Part shown: positions 16,306-25,721 of the stretch, piece by piece
How positions within the stretch are numbered: the stretch's first letter is position 1
Layout of the letters: every line of letters starts with the position of its first letter
Assembly: GCA_034722515.1 (NCBI GenBank)
Contig: JAYEOA010000052.1
Span: forward strand, 7,653 to 71,652
Length of the DNA: 64,000 nt
Direction of reading: 5' to 3'
From: Thermodesulfobacteriota bacterium
GTDB taxonomy: Bacteria > Desulfobacterota > Desulfuromonadia > Desulfuromonadales > Desulfuromonadaceae
The notes under the pieces: model-generated
What the model was told of the DNA's origin: nothing
The model's database searches: none
The model's input: the letters and a program-made list of their open reading frames with translations, nothing else
Position numbers and translations under genes: made by a program

Positions 16306-18954
16306 ATGGAACTAATAACAACCCACATAAATGCTGATTTCGATTGCTTGGGTGGCATGGTGGCAGCCAAGTTGTTGTATCCTGATGCGCTGCTGGTTTT
16401 TGCCGGTGCTCAGGAGCCAGCATTGCGTGAGTTTTTAAAAACCGCTACTGGCCGCACCATCGCCTTTGGTCGCTGTAAAGATATCGACTTTGATGCGGTA
16501 ACACGTTTGATCCTTGTTGATGTTAATAGAGCTGAGCGGATTGGGTCTCTTGCGGTTATATTTGATCGTCCCGAAGTAGAACTCCATGTGTACGATCATC
16601 ATCCACCCCTTAAAACAGGACGTCAGCCGACCCTCGCAGTGGTTGACCGGGTTGGCTCCACCGTTACCGTAATGGTTTCGCAGTTGCAAAAAAAAGCGCT
16701 GGTTCCCGATGCTGATCAGGCAACAATGATGATGCTGGGGTTGTATGAGGATACCGGCAATCTGTTGTTTTCCAGCACAACCGAAGCTGACTATGCGGCG
16801 GCGGCTTATTTGCTGCGCCATGGAGCCGACCTGAATCAGGTCGCTGATACCTTGACTCGTGAGTTGTCTATTTTACAAGTGAATTTGTTACATCAGCTAT
16901 TACAGTCATTGCAATTACTGTCGGTTAATGGGGTCGATGTTTATTTAGCTCAGGCAGCTATTGATTGTTATGTGGGTGATATTGCCGTGCTCGCCCACAA
17001 AATTCGTGATATGGAAAACATCGATGTGTTGATCGTTGCCGTTCGTTTGGAAGATCGGGTGTTTCTGGTGGGCAGATCACGGATTCCCGACGTTCATGTG
17101 GGGAACCTCCTTGCTCACTTTGGCGGTGGTGGACACGCCTCGGCAGCCTCGGCAACGCTGCGTGACAAGACACTAGTTCAGGTGGTAGAGTTGTTGCCTG
17201 GTATTCTTGAACAAGAGATTGTTCTCCATAGTCAGGCACGTTATCTCATGTCGGCTCCGGTACGCCGGATTGATGTCAAGCAATCATTGCAACAGGCACG
17301 GGAGAAACTGACTCGCTACCATGTGAACGCCCTTGCAGTGGTTGATGATAGTAGCGCAGCCTTGGTGGGTATTGTTTCACGCCAGATTGTTGAACGGGCT
17401 GTTCACCATGGATTAGCCGCTGTACGTGTCGGTGAATATATGACCACGGAGTTTGGAGTTGCGGCACCGGATAGTCCCTTGTCGTTGCTGCAAGAATTGG
17501 TGGTAGGACAGCACCAGCGCTTTGTTCCAGTTGTTGATAAACAGTGTTTGCTCGGGGTTGTTACACGCACAGATCTTCTCCGGCACACGGTATCTCAAGG
17601 GCGTAAGCTTTATCGTGATTCTCGTCAGGTCACGAAAGGGGATGGCTTCAGCTTGAATCGACGCCATGTGGCTAGATTGATCGATACCCGTTTGCCGTTG
17701 CGAGTGCGACAAATGCTTAAAAATGTTGCTCAGGTGGCCGATGAAGAGGGGTTGCAGGTTTATGCTGTTGGTGGTTTTGTACGAGATCTGTTGCTGAAGA
17801 AACAAAATCTGGATGTAGATATTGTTGTCGAAGGCAATGCCATCGATTTTGCGCATTGTTTTGCCAAAAGCTTTGATTGTCGTGTGCGTAGCCACGAAAA
17901 ATTTATCACCGCAGTGGTTATCTTTGATGATGGTTTTAAGCTTGATGTGGCTTCAACGCGAACAGAACATTATCTGGAGCCGGGTGCATTACCCATGGTT
18001 GAGGAAGCATCGATAAAATTGGATTTGTATCGCCGTGATTTTACCATCAATACCTTGGCACTGTCGTTAAACGAAGCGAGTTTTGGCGAGTTAATGGATC
18101 CCTTTGGTGCCCAGAGGGATTTGCATGACAGGGCAATTCGGGTGTTGCATAATCTTAGCTTTGTCGAAGATCCAACCCGGGCATTCCGGGCGGTGCGCTT
18201 TGAACAGCGCTTGGGTTTTAAGCTGGGGATGCACACTGAGCGTTTATTGCGTAGCGCTGTGGAGATGGGGTTTCTCGAACGTGTCCGCCCTTTGCGGTTA
18301 TTTAATGAATTAATGATTATCATGCAGGAGGATGATCCGTTTGCGGCGGTACAGCGCTTAGATGATCTGGGATTGCTACAATTTTTATGTGCGGGATTTG
18401 AGGTTGATCCGCAGTTGAAGGAGCAATTTTCTCAGGCCGGTAAGGCGATCAATTGGTACGAATTGCTTTACATCGGTACACCGGTTGAGCATGGGATGGT
18501 CTACTTTTTGTGTCTGAGTTCTTCCCTTGATGGGGAGGAGATGCAACAGTTATGTAAGCGGTTGACGATCCCTCAGCGTTGGGAACAATTGTTCGTTGTT
18601 GAGCGGGAGCGGTTTGCTGCAGCGTATCATACTCTGGAGCGGCATCATCATCGCTTGGAACAGATGCCAGCTAGTCGCTTGTATCATTTGTTACAGGGAG
18701 CAAGTGTTGAAAGTCTACTGTTTTTTATGGCCAGAACCCCTCACGAAACGGTACGATCAGCCATTTCTTATTATGTGACTCGGCTGCAAGGAGTTAAGAC
18801 GCATCTTGATGGTGACGACCTATTTCATCTCGGTGTTGAACGTGGCCCGGTGATGGGGCAGATGTTGGGACAGTTACTCGATGCCCGTCTTGAGGGAGTT
18901 ATAATAACGCGACAGGATGAAGAATGTTTTGTTGGCAGGTTGCTTGGAAGTTGA
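16306..18954 (+). CDS. DHH/DHHA1 - tandem CBS - poly(A) polymerase/CCA-adding nucleotidyltransferase fusion protein
   Basis: THINADFDCLG, VYDHHP and GGGGHASAASA (DHH/DHHA1). Two CBS-like modules (aa ~310-430). GGFVRDLLL..NLDVDIVVEG and RRDFTINTLA (PolyA_pol head). Confidence 0.8.
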   Translation: MELITTHINADFDCLGGMVAAKLLYPDALLVFAGAQEPALREFLKTATGRTIAFGRCKDIDFDAVTRLILVDVNRAERIGSLAVIFDRPEVELHVYDHHPPLKTGRQPTLAVVDRVGSTVTVMVSQLQKKALVPDADQATMMMLGLYEDTGNLLFSSTTEADYAAAAYLLRHGADLNQVADTLTRELSILQVNLLHQLLQSLQLLSVNGVDVYLAQAAIDCYVGDIAVLAHKIRDMENIDVLIVAVRLEDRVFLVGRSRIPDVHVGNLLAHFGGGGHASAASATLRDKTLVQVVELLPGILEQEIVLHSQARYLMSAPVRRIDVKQSLQQAREKLTRYHVNALAVVDDSSAALVGIVSRQIVERAVHHGLAAVRVGEYMTTEFGVAAPDSPLSLLQELVVGQHQRFVPVVDKQCLLGVVTRTDLLRHTVSQGRKLYRDSRQVTKGDGFSLNRRHVARLIDTRLPLRVRQMLKNVAQVADEEGLQVYAVGGFVRDLLLKKQNLDVDIVVEGNAIDFAHCFAKSFDCRVRSHEKFITAVVIFDDGFKLDVASTRTEHYLEPGALPMVEEASIKLDLYRRDFTINTLALSLNEASFGELMDPFGAQRDLHDRAIRVLHNLSFVEDPTRAFRAVRFEQRLGFKLGMHTERLLRSAVEMGFLERVRPLRLFNELMIIMQEDDPFAAVQRLDDLGLLQFLCAGFEVDPQLKEQFSQAGKAINWYELLYIGTPVEHGMVYFLCLSSSLDGEEMQQLCKRLTIPQRWEQLFVVERERFAAAYHTLERHHHRLEQMPASRLYHLLQGASVESLLFFMARTPHETVRSAISYYVTRLQGVKTHLDGDDLFHLGVERGPVMGQMLGQLLDARLEGVIITRQDEECFVGRLLGS

Positions 18955-18968
18955 TAATGCTTATTTTT

Positions 18969-19038
18969 TGTAACTATTCAGCGTGATGGGGATAGCGTAC
19001 CCAACTACAGAGGTGCTGAACAGTTACCAATTTTTTTT
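18969..19038 (+). terminator. Long terminator-like hairpin; best copy of the repeat also found at 4806-4849
   Basis: 13-bp stem GTAACTATTCAGC (18970-18982) / GCTGAACAGTTAC (19015-19027) with one mismatch, an inner GGG/CCC pairing, then CAA and a run of 8 T (19031-19038). Confidence 0.6.
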
Positions 19039-19058
19039 ATGAAAGTATAGCGAGTTAT

Positions 19059-19736
19059 ATGGAACATTTGTTGGTTAAAATTTCGATTATGTTGGTTCCT
19101 GCCTTGCTGGCGATAACGGTGCATGAGGTTGCCCATGGTTATGCGGCCGACCGTCTTGGCGATCCGACTGCGCGTCTTTTAGGTCGATTAACCCTGAACC
19201 CACTACGCCACCTTGATCCCGTTGGTGCGTTAGCTTTATTGTTTTTCGGTTTTGGCTGGGCGCGTCCGGTTCCGGTGAATTTTTCCAATTTACGTAATCC
19301 GAAAAGAAGTATGCTGTGGGTGGCGCTTGCAGGTCCCGGTGCGAACTTATGTCTGGCTATTTTATCTGCTGTAGTGTTACAGGCACTAGGTTTTATAGAA
19401 TCGGTGCTACCGATGAATATATCTTTGGTGACCAAGCCTATTGCTCTTATGGCGGCCTTTAGTTTGTATATCAATATTATTTTAGCGGTATTCAATTTAG
19501 TGCCCATTCCCCCCCTCGATGGTGGACGAATTCTTTCATCACTATTGCCAGCACGTCAGGCCGCCTTGCTGGCGCATATTGAGCCGTTTGGTTTTATGCT
19601 TGTTATTGCTTTGGTGTTTTTTACCGATATTTGGCAGTTGGTACTTGGCCCGATCATTTTCTTCCTGGTTTCTTTGTTGGCGGATCAGCAGATTGTTGTG
19701 GTGAATGATGTGGTTCGGTTTCTTTTTAGTCACTGA
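19059..19736 (+). CDS. Site-2 protease family (M50) membrane metalloprotease
   Basis: HEVAHG zinc motif in the first TM helix, LNPLRHLDP, NLVPIPPLDGG. Confidence 0.8.
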   Translation: MEHLLVKISIMLVPALLAITVHEVAHGYAADRLGDPTARLLGRLTLNPLRHLDPVGALALLFFGFGWARPVPVNFSNLRNPKRSMLWVALAGPGANLCLAILSAVVLQALGFIESVLPMNISLVTKPIALMAAFSLYINIILAVFNLVPIPPLDGGRILSSLLPARQAALLAHIEPFGFMLVIALVFFTDIWQLVLGPIIFFLVSLLADQQIVVVNDVVRFLFSH

Positions 19737-19782
19737 TGATGGTGCCCTAAAAAAAGTCACTTGAAATGGATTTTTAACGCTC

Positions 19783-20505
19783 ATGGATCAGTTGCAACGA
19801 ATACAAAAATTAATTGCCAGAGCGGGGCTAACATCGCGTCGTCAGGCTGAGGTATGGATATCGCAAGGACGTGTTACCCTGAATAATGCCTTGGCTAAAC
19901 TAGGTGATAAAGCCGACTTGACGGTGGATCGGGTGTGTGTCGATGGCAAACCGCTGCCCGGGGCACAAAAAAAACAATATCTTATGCTAAATAAGCCGCT
20001 GGGCTACGTTACCACTCTCAACGATCCACAGGGGCGACCGACTATCCTGCATTTCTTGACTGACATTCGTGAGCGATTGTTTCCCGTAGGTCGGTTGGAC
20101 TTGAATACTGAGGGTTTATTGTTGCTGACCAATGATGGTGATTTGTCGCAGCGTTTAATCCATCCAAGCCATAAGGTTCCTAAAACTTATCAGGTTAAAA
20201 TCAGTGGACATTTGTCGAAATCTGCCCAAATTGCAATGGAACAGGGGGTTGTCCTCGATGATGGAATTACCGCTCCGGCGAAGATAGATAATGTTCATTT
20301 TTCAAATAAAAACACCTGGTTTGAGCTGACTATTACCGAGGGGCGTAATCGTCAGGTGCGGCGGATGTGCAGTGTTGTCGGTTTTAGTGTGAGTGCATTG
20401 AAGCGTGTGCGTATGGCCAATATTGAGTTGGGAAATTTGTCTTCGGGGAAAACCAGACCATTGCGTCCACCGGAAATTGATATCCTGAAGAATCTTATTT
20501 CTTAA
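19783..20505 (+). CDS. RsuA/RluB-family pseudouridine synthase with S4 domain
   Basis: S4 N-terminus (RIQKLIARAGLTSRR), catalytic GRLDLNTEGLLLLTNDG, and EGRNRQVRRM. Confidence 0.85.
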   Translation: MDQLQRIQKLIARAGLTSRRQAEVWISQGRVTLNNALAKLGDKADLTVDRVCVDGKPLPGAQKKQYLMLNKPLGYVTTLNDPQGRPTILHFLTDIRERLFPVGRLDLNTEGLLLLTNDGDLSQRLIHPSHKVPKTYQVKISGHLSKSAQIAMEQGVVLDDGITAPAKIDNVHFSNKNTWFELTITEGRNRQVRRMCSVVGFSVSALKRVRMANIELGNLSSGKTRPLRPPEIDILKNLIS

Positions 20506-20756
20506 CAGGTTGTCAAAGCTATCGGGGGATGACGTTCTGGTTGTGTGTTTTTTGTTAATTAGAGTGTTGAACTTGGTTAGGATTTGTCGATAGGCAATTT
20601 GTTTTCCGGTGGTTTTTCCTGTTGGAATTCAATATATTATGCGCTTGACCTTGAGAATGAACTGTTTTAGCATTAGGTTTTATTTTTAAGCTGTTCCGTT
20701 GTTTGGTGGTGTGGCAACTGCCTACTTAGTTTTAATTATAAAGTTAGAGGTTTTCT

Positions 20757-22898
20757 GTGGCAAAAAAAGACAAAATACTAGCAGCAGCGCAAAAATATCT
20801 GCAAAAAAACAATCTTGCCCGTGCGATCAAGGAATATCTTAAGGTTGTAGAGATGGATGCCAAAGATGTTCGTAGTCGGAAAAAACTAGCTGAATTATAT
20901 AGTCGTACCGGTAATATTGAAGATGCTCTGACTCATTATGCGATTGTCGCAACTTATTATGCTGATAATACCTTTTTTTTAAAGGCTATTGCTGTATATA
21001 AGCTGATGCAGAAACTGGCACCGGAGCATTTAGCTTATACCCTCAAGCTTGCTCAACTCAATGAACAGCAGGGGTTGGTGGGTAATGCGTTATCAGAATA
21101 TAGAACTCTCCTGCTCGGCTATGAAGCAAGCGAAAAGAATGAAGATGTAGCAAAAACCCTTAATCGAATGCGTGAGCTTGATCCGGAAAATATATCTATC
21201 GGCGTGCGTATGGCTGAATTCTATGCTCGTGTTGGTGACAAGGGAGCAGCGCAGAAAGAGTTTATTGCGGTTGAGCAGAAACTCTCCCAGTTGGGTAATT
21301 ATAAGCAACTGCAGAAACTGTATGAGCATTTTATGGCTGTATGGCCCGATGATGTTGCTACCAAAATGGGCTATGGTCGAGTTATGATTGATTATGGTGA
21401 GCCATTGGGAGGGGTGCAATACCTTATCAAGCTCCAGCGTCAATATCCGAAAGAGTCACAAGTTCTTTTTATGCTGTCGCGAGGATTTCGTAAGTGCTCA
21501 GAGTTTAAACGTGAGTTAGAATGTCTTGAACGACTCATTGGCTGGGAAGCAGAGAACCTTGAGTATCAACGTGCCATATATCGGGCGGCGCTGGATGCAG
21601 ACGAGCCGGCTAAGGCTTTTGAATATTTAGAAAAAGGCAAAGAGTCCTTTTTTGCTGCAGAGCAAGTTGCTGATTTAAAACCGTTCTATGAAAGCGTACG
21701 TGATTTGCTGCCGGAGAAACGCGAGGTGTTGACCTCGCTGCACGATATTTATGAACAATTAGGTGAAGGGGAAAAACTGTTTGACGTTCTCTCTTCTGAC
21801 CTTGGCGGTGAGACGGAATCATCGGGAACAAGTTTTGATGTTGATACTTTTGACGTTGCTGGTGGTTCGGATTCAAATGCCGATGACATCGCCTTTGAGG
21901 AACTTGAATTCGACACTGAGGCTCAGACTACGGTAAATGATTCCTCTGACGATATTTCCTTTGATGATATCTCTTTTGATATCGTTTCAGATGATTCACT
22001 TGCGGTTGACAATGATGCGTTTGATTTAAACGATAATAATACTACCAGTGCTTCCGTTGATATTTCCACCGATTTAGAGGAGGCGGATTTTTATCTGCAA
22101 CAAGGATTAATAGAAGAAGCGCAGCAGGTGTGTGATCGTCTTAAGGAAACCAACCCCGAGCATGCCGGTGTTTTAGCATTGCTAAAACAGATAGAGCAGC
22201 GCAATAAAGAAGAAGGTTCTTCATCCTCAACGATGGACACTGCGGCTGATATAGCGACTAGTGTTGAATTTGATGATGGTGGGTCAACGCAAGGGATGAC
22301 GTTAGATCTGGATCTGAGTGGGCGAGATTCAAGTATGAATGAGTCAGGTTCTGCCGATAACTTTGATTTTCTTGGCAGTGATGGTGATATTGATTCAAAT
22401 TTTGCTGATCTTCACATTGATGGCCATGGAGAAACTGGTCATGGCCTTGCAGATTCACAGCGAGGCGTTGTTACCGTGATTACCGATGACGACACCGAGT
22501 CGGCGTATAACCTCGGCATTGCGTATAAAGAGATGGGGCTGATAGATGATGCCATTGCTGAGTTCGATAAAGCCATGAAGAGTCCCGCGCGTAAGCTCGA
22601 TAGCCTGTCCCTGAAAGCAGCGTGCTATATTGTTCAGCAAAAATTTGATGCTGCCGAGGAGGTGTTAACGATCGGGTTAAGTGATAGTTTGTTATCGAGT
22701 CAAGATCAAATTTACCTCTATTATGAAACCGGGTTGCTGTACGAAGTGTGGGATCGTCCTGCTGACGCACTTTCGAGTTATCAAGTGGTGGCAGATAGCG
22801 ATTCTAATTTTCGAGATATTAATGTTAAAATTGCAGAATTAAAAGAACTGGTGGGTGACGGTGGCGCTGTTGAGGCCAACCGTGTTTCATATCTTTGA
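20757..22898 (+). CDS. TPR-repeat protein with two long acidic low-complexity regions and a FimV-C-terminal-like motif
   Basis: TPR-like helices over aa 1-340 and 580-700. Asp/Ser-rich regions at aa ~345-437 and ~482-582, including DDISFDDISFD. Motif TDLEEADFYLQQGLIEEAQQVCDRLKE..LALLKQIE. GTG start with AGAGG upstream. Confidence 0.7.
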   Translation: MAKKDKILAAAQKYLQKNNLARAIKEYLKVVEMDAKDVRSRKKLAELYSRTGNIEDALTHYAIVATYYADNTFFLKAIAVYKLMQKLAPEHLAYTLKLAQLNEQQGLVGNALSEYRTLLLGYEASEKNEDVAKTLNRMRELDPENISIGVRMAEFYARVGDKGAAQKEFIAVEQKLSQLGNYKQLQKLYEHFMAVWPDDVATKMGYGRVMIDYGEPLGGVQYLIKLQRQYPKESQVLFMLSRGFRKCSEFKRELECLERLIGWEAENLEYQRAIYRAALDADEPAKAFEYLEKGKESFFAAEQVADLKPFYESVRDLLPEKREVLTSLHDIYEQLGEGEKLFDVLSSDLGGETESSGTSFDVDTFDVAGGSDSNADDIAFEELEFDTEAQTTVNDSSDDISFDDISFDIVSDDSLAVDNDAFDLNDNNTTSASVDISTDLEEADFYLQQGLIEEAQQVCDRLKETNPEHAGVLALLKQIEQRNKEEGSSSSTMDTAADIATSVEFDDGGSTQGMTLDLDLSGRDSSMNESGSADNFDFLGSDGDIDSNFADLHIDGHGETGHGLADSQRGVVTVITDDDTESAYNLGIAYKEMGLIDDAIAEFDKAMKSPARKLDSLSLKAACYIVQQKFDAAEEVLTIGLSDSLLSSQDQIYLYYETGLLYEVWDRPADALSSYQVVADSDSNFRDINVKIAELKELVGDGGAVEANRVSYL

Positions 22899-22920
22899 TT
22901 TGTAACATGCGAGTCCAGTC

Positions 22921-23841
22921 ATGTTTGATGGGATTTCTGGAATGGATTATACCGAACATTTTGGTTTAGAGCGTGAAGCCTTCTCTAATGCGCCGGATGC
23001 ACGCTTTTATTTTGATAGCGAACAGCATAGTCAGGCGTTGGTTCGCTTTATGCGTGTTGTCGATTCGAATAAGGGGATGGCAGTGCTGGTCGGTGGAATT
23101 GGCTCCGGAAAGACTACACTTGCCCGCCGCCTATTGGATACTTTGTCGGTTGACCTATATGAATCATCATTGTTGGTTATGGTTCACTCGGGGATTACCC
23201 CCGAGTGGATCCTTACCCGGATTGCAACGCAATTGGGAGTGGTAAATCCGGCAGCAGATCGCTTGAGCGTTTTGAAGCAATTGTATGAACGCCTTTTAGA
23301 GATAGATCAGGAAGGTCGTCGGGCTGTGGTTCTGATCGATGAAGCACAAATGCTGCAGACGCGTGCTTTGATGGAAGAGTTTCGTGGATTATTGAATCTT
23401 GAAATTCCCGGTAAAAAATTATTGAATCTTATCTTTTTTGGTTTGCCGGAAGTGGAAGATTGTTTACGCTTGGATGAGCCGTTAGCTCAGCGAGTAGCGT
23501 TACGCTATTATCTTCACCCCCTCGACGAAAAATCTACGATCGCATATATCAAGCACCGATTAAAGGTTGCCGGTGCTAAAAACATGCTATTTCTCGGGTC
23601 TGCGGTTCAGATGATCTATCGTTATTCAGGTGGTATTCCGCGCTTGATCAATACCTTATGCGATAATTGTTTGTTCGAAGCGTTTACGCAGAAACTATCA
23701 GCAGTGAACCCGGAGATTGTTCAAGTGGTTGCTAATGATCTTGGTCTTGTTGAATTGGAGCATATTGGCAAGAAGGAAGGTGTCGATCAGCACCTGGGTA
23801 AGATCGAAGCATTGTTGGCAAAAATGGAACAGAAACGGTAG
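22921..23841 (+). CDS. ExeA/GspA/MshM-like AAA ATPase
   Basis: Walker A GGIGSGKTTLARRLL, Walker B VVLIDEAQ, and GIPRLINTLCD typical of the ExeA family. Confidence 0.8.
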   Translation: MFDGISGMDYTEHFGLEREAFSNAPDARFYFDSEQHSQALVRFMRVVDSNKGMAVLVGGIGSGKTTLARRLLDTLSVDLYESSLLVMVHSGITPEWILTRIATQLGVVNPAADRLSVLKQLYERLLEIDQEGRRAVVLIDEAQMLQTRALMEEFRGLLNLEIPGKKLLNLIFFGLPEVEDCLRLDEPLAQRVALRYYLHPLDEKSTIAYIKHRLKVAGAKNMLFLGSAVQMIYRYSGGIPRLINTLCDNCLFEAFTQKLSAVNPEIVQVVANDLGLVELEHIGKKEGVDQHLGKIEALLAKMEQKR

Positions 23842-23872
23842 TATTTTTTACTTAAGAGAAGAGTTTTGATGA

Positions 23873-23895
23873 GGCCGGCTTTGCCGGCCATTTTT
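23873..23895 (+). terminator. Rho-independent terminator after the ExeA-like gene
   Basis: GGCCGGC ttt GCCGGCC followed by ATTTTT. Confidence 0.7.
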
Positions 23896-23939
23896 GTCAC
23901 TACCAGATATTTCAGAGCTTAAAAGTGAATAGTAAACTA

Positions 23940-25721
23940 ATGGCACTAAAAATTGAAATATTACCGGAAAAATTGTGCAATCAGATAGCTGCTGGCGAAG
24001 TTGTTGAGCGGCCATCATCGGTTGTTAAGGAGCTGATCGAAAATTCACTTGATGCCGGGGCGGATCATATTGTTGTCGAAGTTGATCGTGGGGGCAAAAA
24101 ACGGATCGTCGTGGCTGATAATGGTAGTGGGATGGGGCGAGATGATATATTTCTGTGTTTTGAGCGTCATGCTACCAGTAAAATTCGCAGTGAGGAGGAT
24201 TTATTTCATCTACACTACCATGGTTTTCGTGGTGAAGCCTTACCCTCGATAGCTGCAGTCTCTCGGTTGACGGTAACCAGTCGCAGCGGGGATGATGCGA
24301 CTGGGATGCGTCTGGTAATCTTCGGTGGGAAAATTAACCACACCGAAGAGGTGGGTACTCCCTGTGGAACAACCTTTGAGGTGCGTGACCTCTTTTTTAA
24401 TATTCCCGCCAGACGCAAGTTTTTGCGCCGGGATGAAACCGAATTCGGCCATATCTCAGAGATTGTTACCCGGCTGGCGTTGGCTCATCCGGCGGTTCAT
24501 TTTAAATTGCACCACAATGGTCGGACTATTTTGGATTTGTATCGTCAGAGCACTAGCCTCGATCGTATTGCGATGGTTCTGGGGCGGTCTGTCGTGGCTG
24601 ATTTGTTGGAAATCAATGTCGCTACCGATCCGTTAAGCCTAACTGGCTATCTCGCTCGTCCAACGGTGAATCGCTCGACAACAACGGGTATTTATAGTTT
24701 TGTTAATGGTCGCTTTGTAAAGGATCGTGTGTTACATCACGCAATTATGGACGGCTACAGGCAATTGCTGATGAAGGGGCGCTATCCCGTCTGTGTGTTG
24801 TTTTTAGAATTGGATTCGCAGCAGGTGGACGTGAATGTTCATCCGACAAAGCATGAGGTGCGCTTCCGTGATCAGCGGGATGTTCATCATTTTGTCAGCC
24901 AGTCGGTTCGTGAAGTATTGCGCAATTCTACCGGAGAGCTGCAACCGCACAGGGAATCATTGTTGCCATCATCGGCAACCATATCAGCTTCAACGAGTCT
25001 GGTCTCGTTGCCCGTAACTGAGTCAGGGCAGCCAGTGCAATACTCGCAGGTTAATGAGATTGTTTCTGCGTATCCGCCCTCACAATCTAATGTAGTGGCA
25101 CGTGGGGAGAATTTGGTGTTATCCGTTGAAGAGCGGGGGTATTTCGCATCGTTAACCATTATTGGGCAGTATCATCGCAGTTATATCCTTTGCGAAGATG
25201 GGGATGATTTGATCCTTATTGATCAACATGCCGCACATGAAAGAATCGGTTTTGAACGCTTTAAACATCAATACAACTCTGGGAGTATTGAGACTCAGGA
25301 GTTGCTATTCCCCGAGATTGTTGAATTAAGTGTACGTGAAGACACGGAATTGCGCGAGCAGCTTGAAGCACTGAAGCGACTCGGTTTTGGATTGGATCCT
25401 TTTGGTGGCACCAGTTGGGCCATAAAAGCGATTCCGACGTTTTTATTGGAAAATGATGCAAAAACAATGGTCTGCGACGTGTTGATGGAATTGAGCAGTG
25501 TCGGTGTTAGCACCTTGTCGCAGGATGCTTTTGATGCGGTATTAATCAAGATGGCATGTCATGGTATGATTCGTGCTAATCAGAGACTAGGTATGGTTGA
25601 GATGAAAGCGTTACTGCAACAGTTGGATGAGGTAGATTTTAATAAACATTGTCCTCATGGTCGGCCAATTATGCAACGGCTAACGATAGGTGATGTAGAA
25701 AAAATGTTTCGGCGAGTATGA
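23940..25721 (+). CDS. mutL: DNA mismatch repair protein MutL
   Basis: NQIAAGEVVERPSSVVKELIENSLDAGA, GFRGEAL, and a C-terminal dimerisation domain with DQHAAHERI. Alternative GTG start at 23925. Confidence 0.93.
   Translation: MALKIEILPEKLCNQIAAGEVVERPSSVVKELIENSLDAGADHIVVEVDRGGKKRIVVADNGSGMGRDDIFLCFERHATSKIRSEEDLFHLHYHGFRGEALPSIAAVSRLTVTSRSGDDATGMRLVIFGGKINHTEEVGTPCGTTFEVRDLFFNIPARRKFLRRDETEFGHISEIVTRLALAHPAVHFKLHHNGRTILDLYRQSTSLDRIAMVLGRSVVADLLEINVATDPLSLTGYLARPTVNRSTTTGIYSFVNGRFVKDRVLHHAIMDGYRQLLMKGRYPVCVLFLELDSQQVDVNVHPTKHEVRFRDQRDVHHFVSQSVREVLRNSTGELQPHRESLLPSSATISASTSLVSLPVTESGQPVQYSQVNEIVSAYPPSQSNVVARGENLVLSVEERGYFASLTIIGQYHRSYILCEDGDDLILIDQHAAHERIGFERFKHQYNSGSIETQELLFPEIVELSVREDTELREQLEALKRLGFGLDPFGGTSWAIKAIPTFLLENDAKTMVCDVLMELSSVGVSTLSQDAFDAVLIKMACHGMIRANQRLGMVEMKALLQQLDEVDFNKHCPHGRPIMQRLTIGDVEKMFRRV

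Noticed and set aside
20712-20727. Sigma-54-like -24/-12 element (TGGCAACTGCCTACTT) upstream of the TPR gene. A similar TGGCATAATTATTTTC lies near 29518.
   Set aside because: The -12 TTGC(A/T) element is absent in both at the required spacing, and no enhancer-binding protein gene is adjacent.
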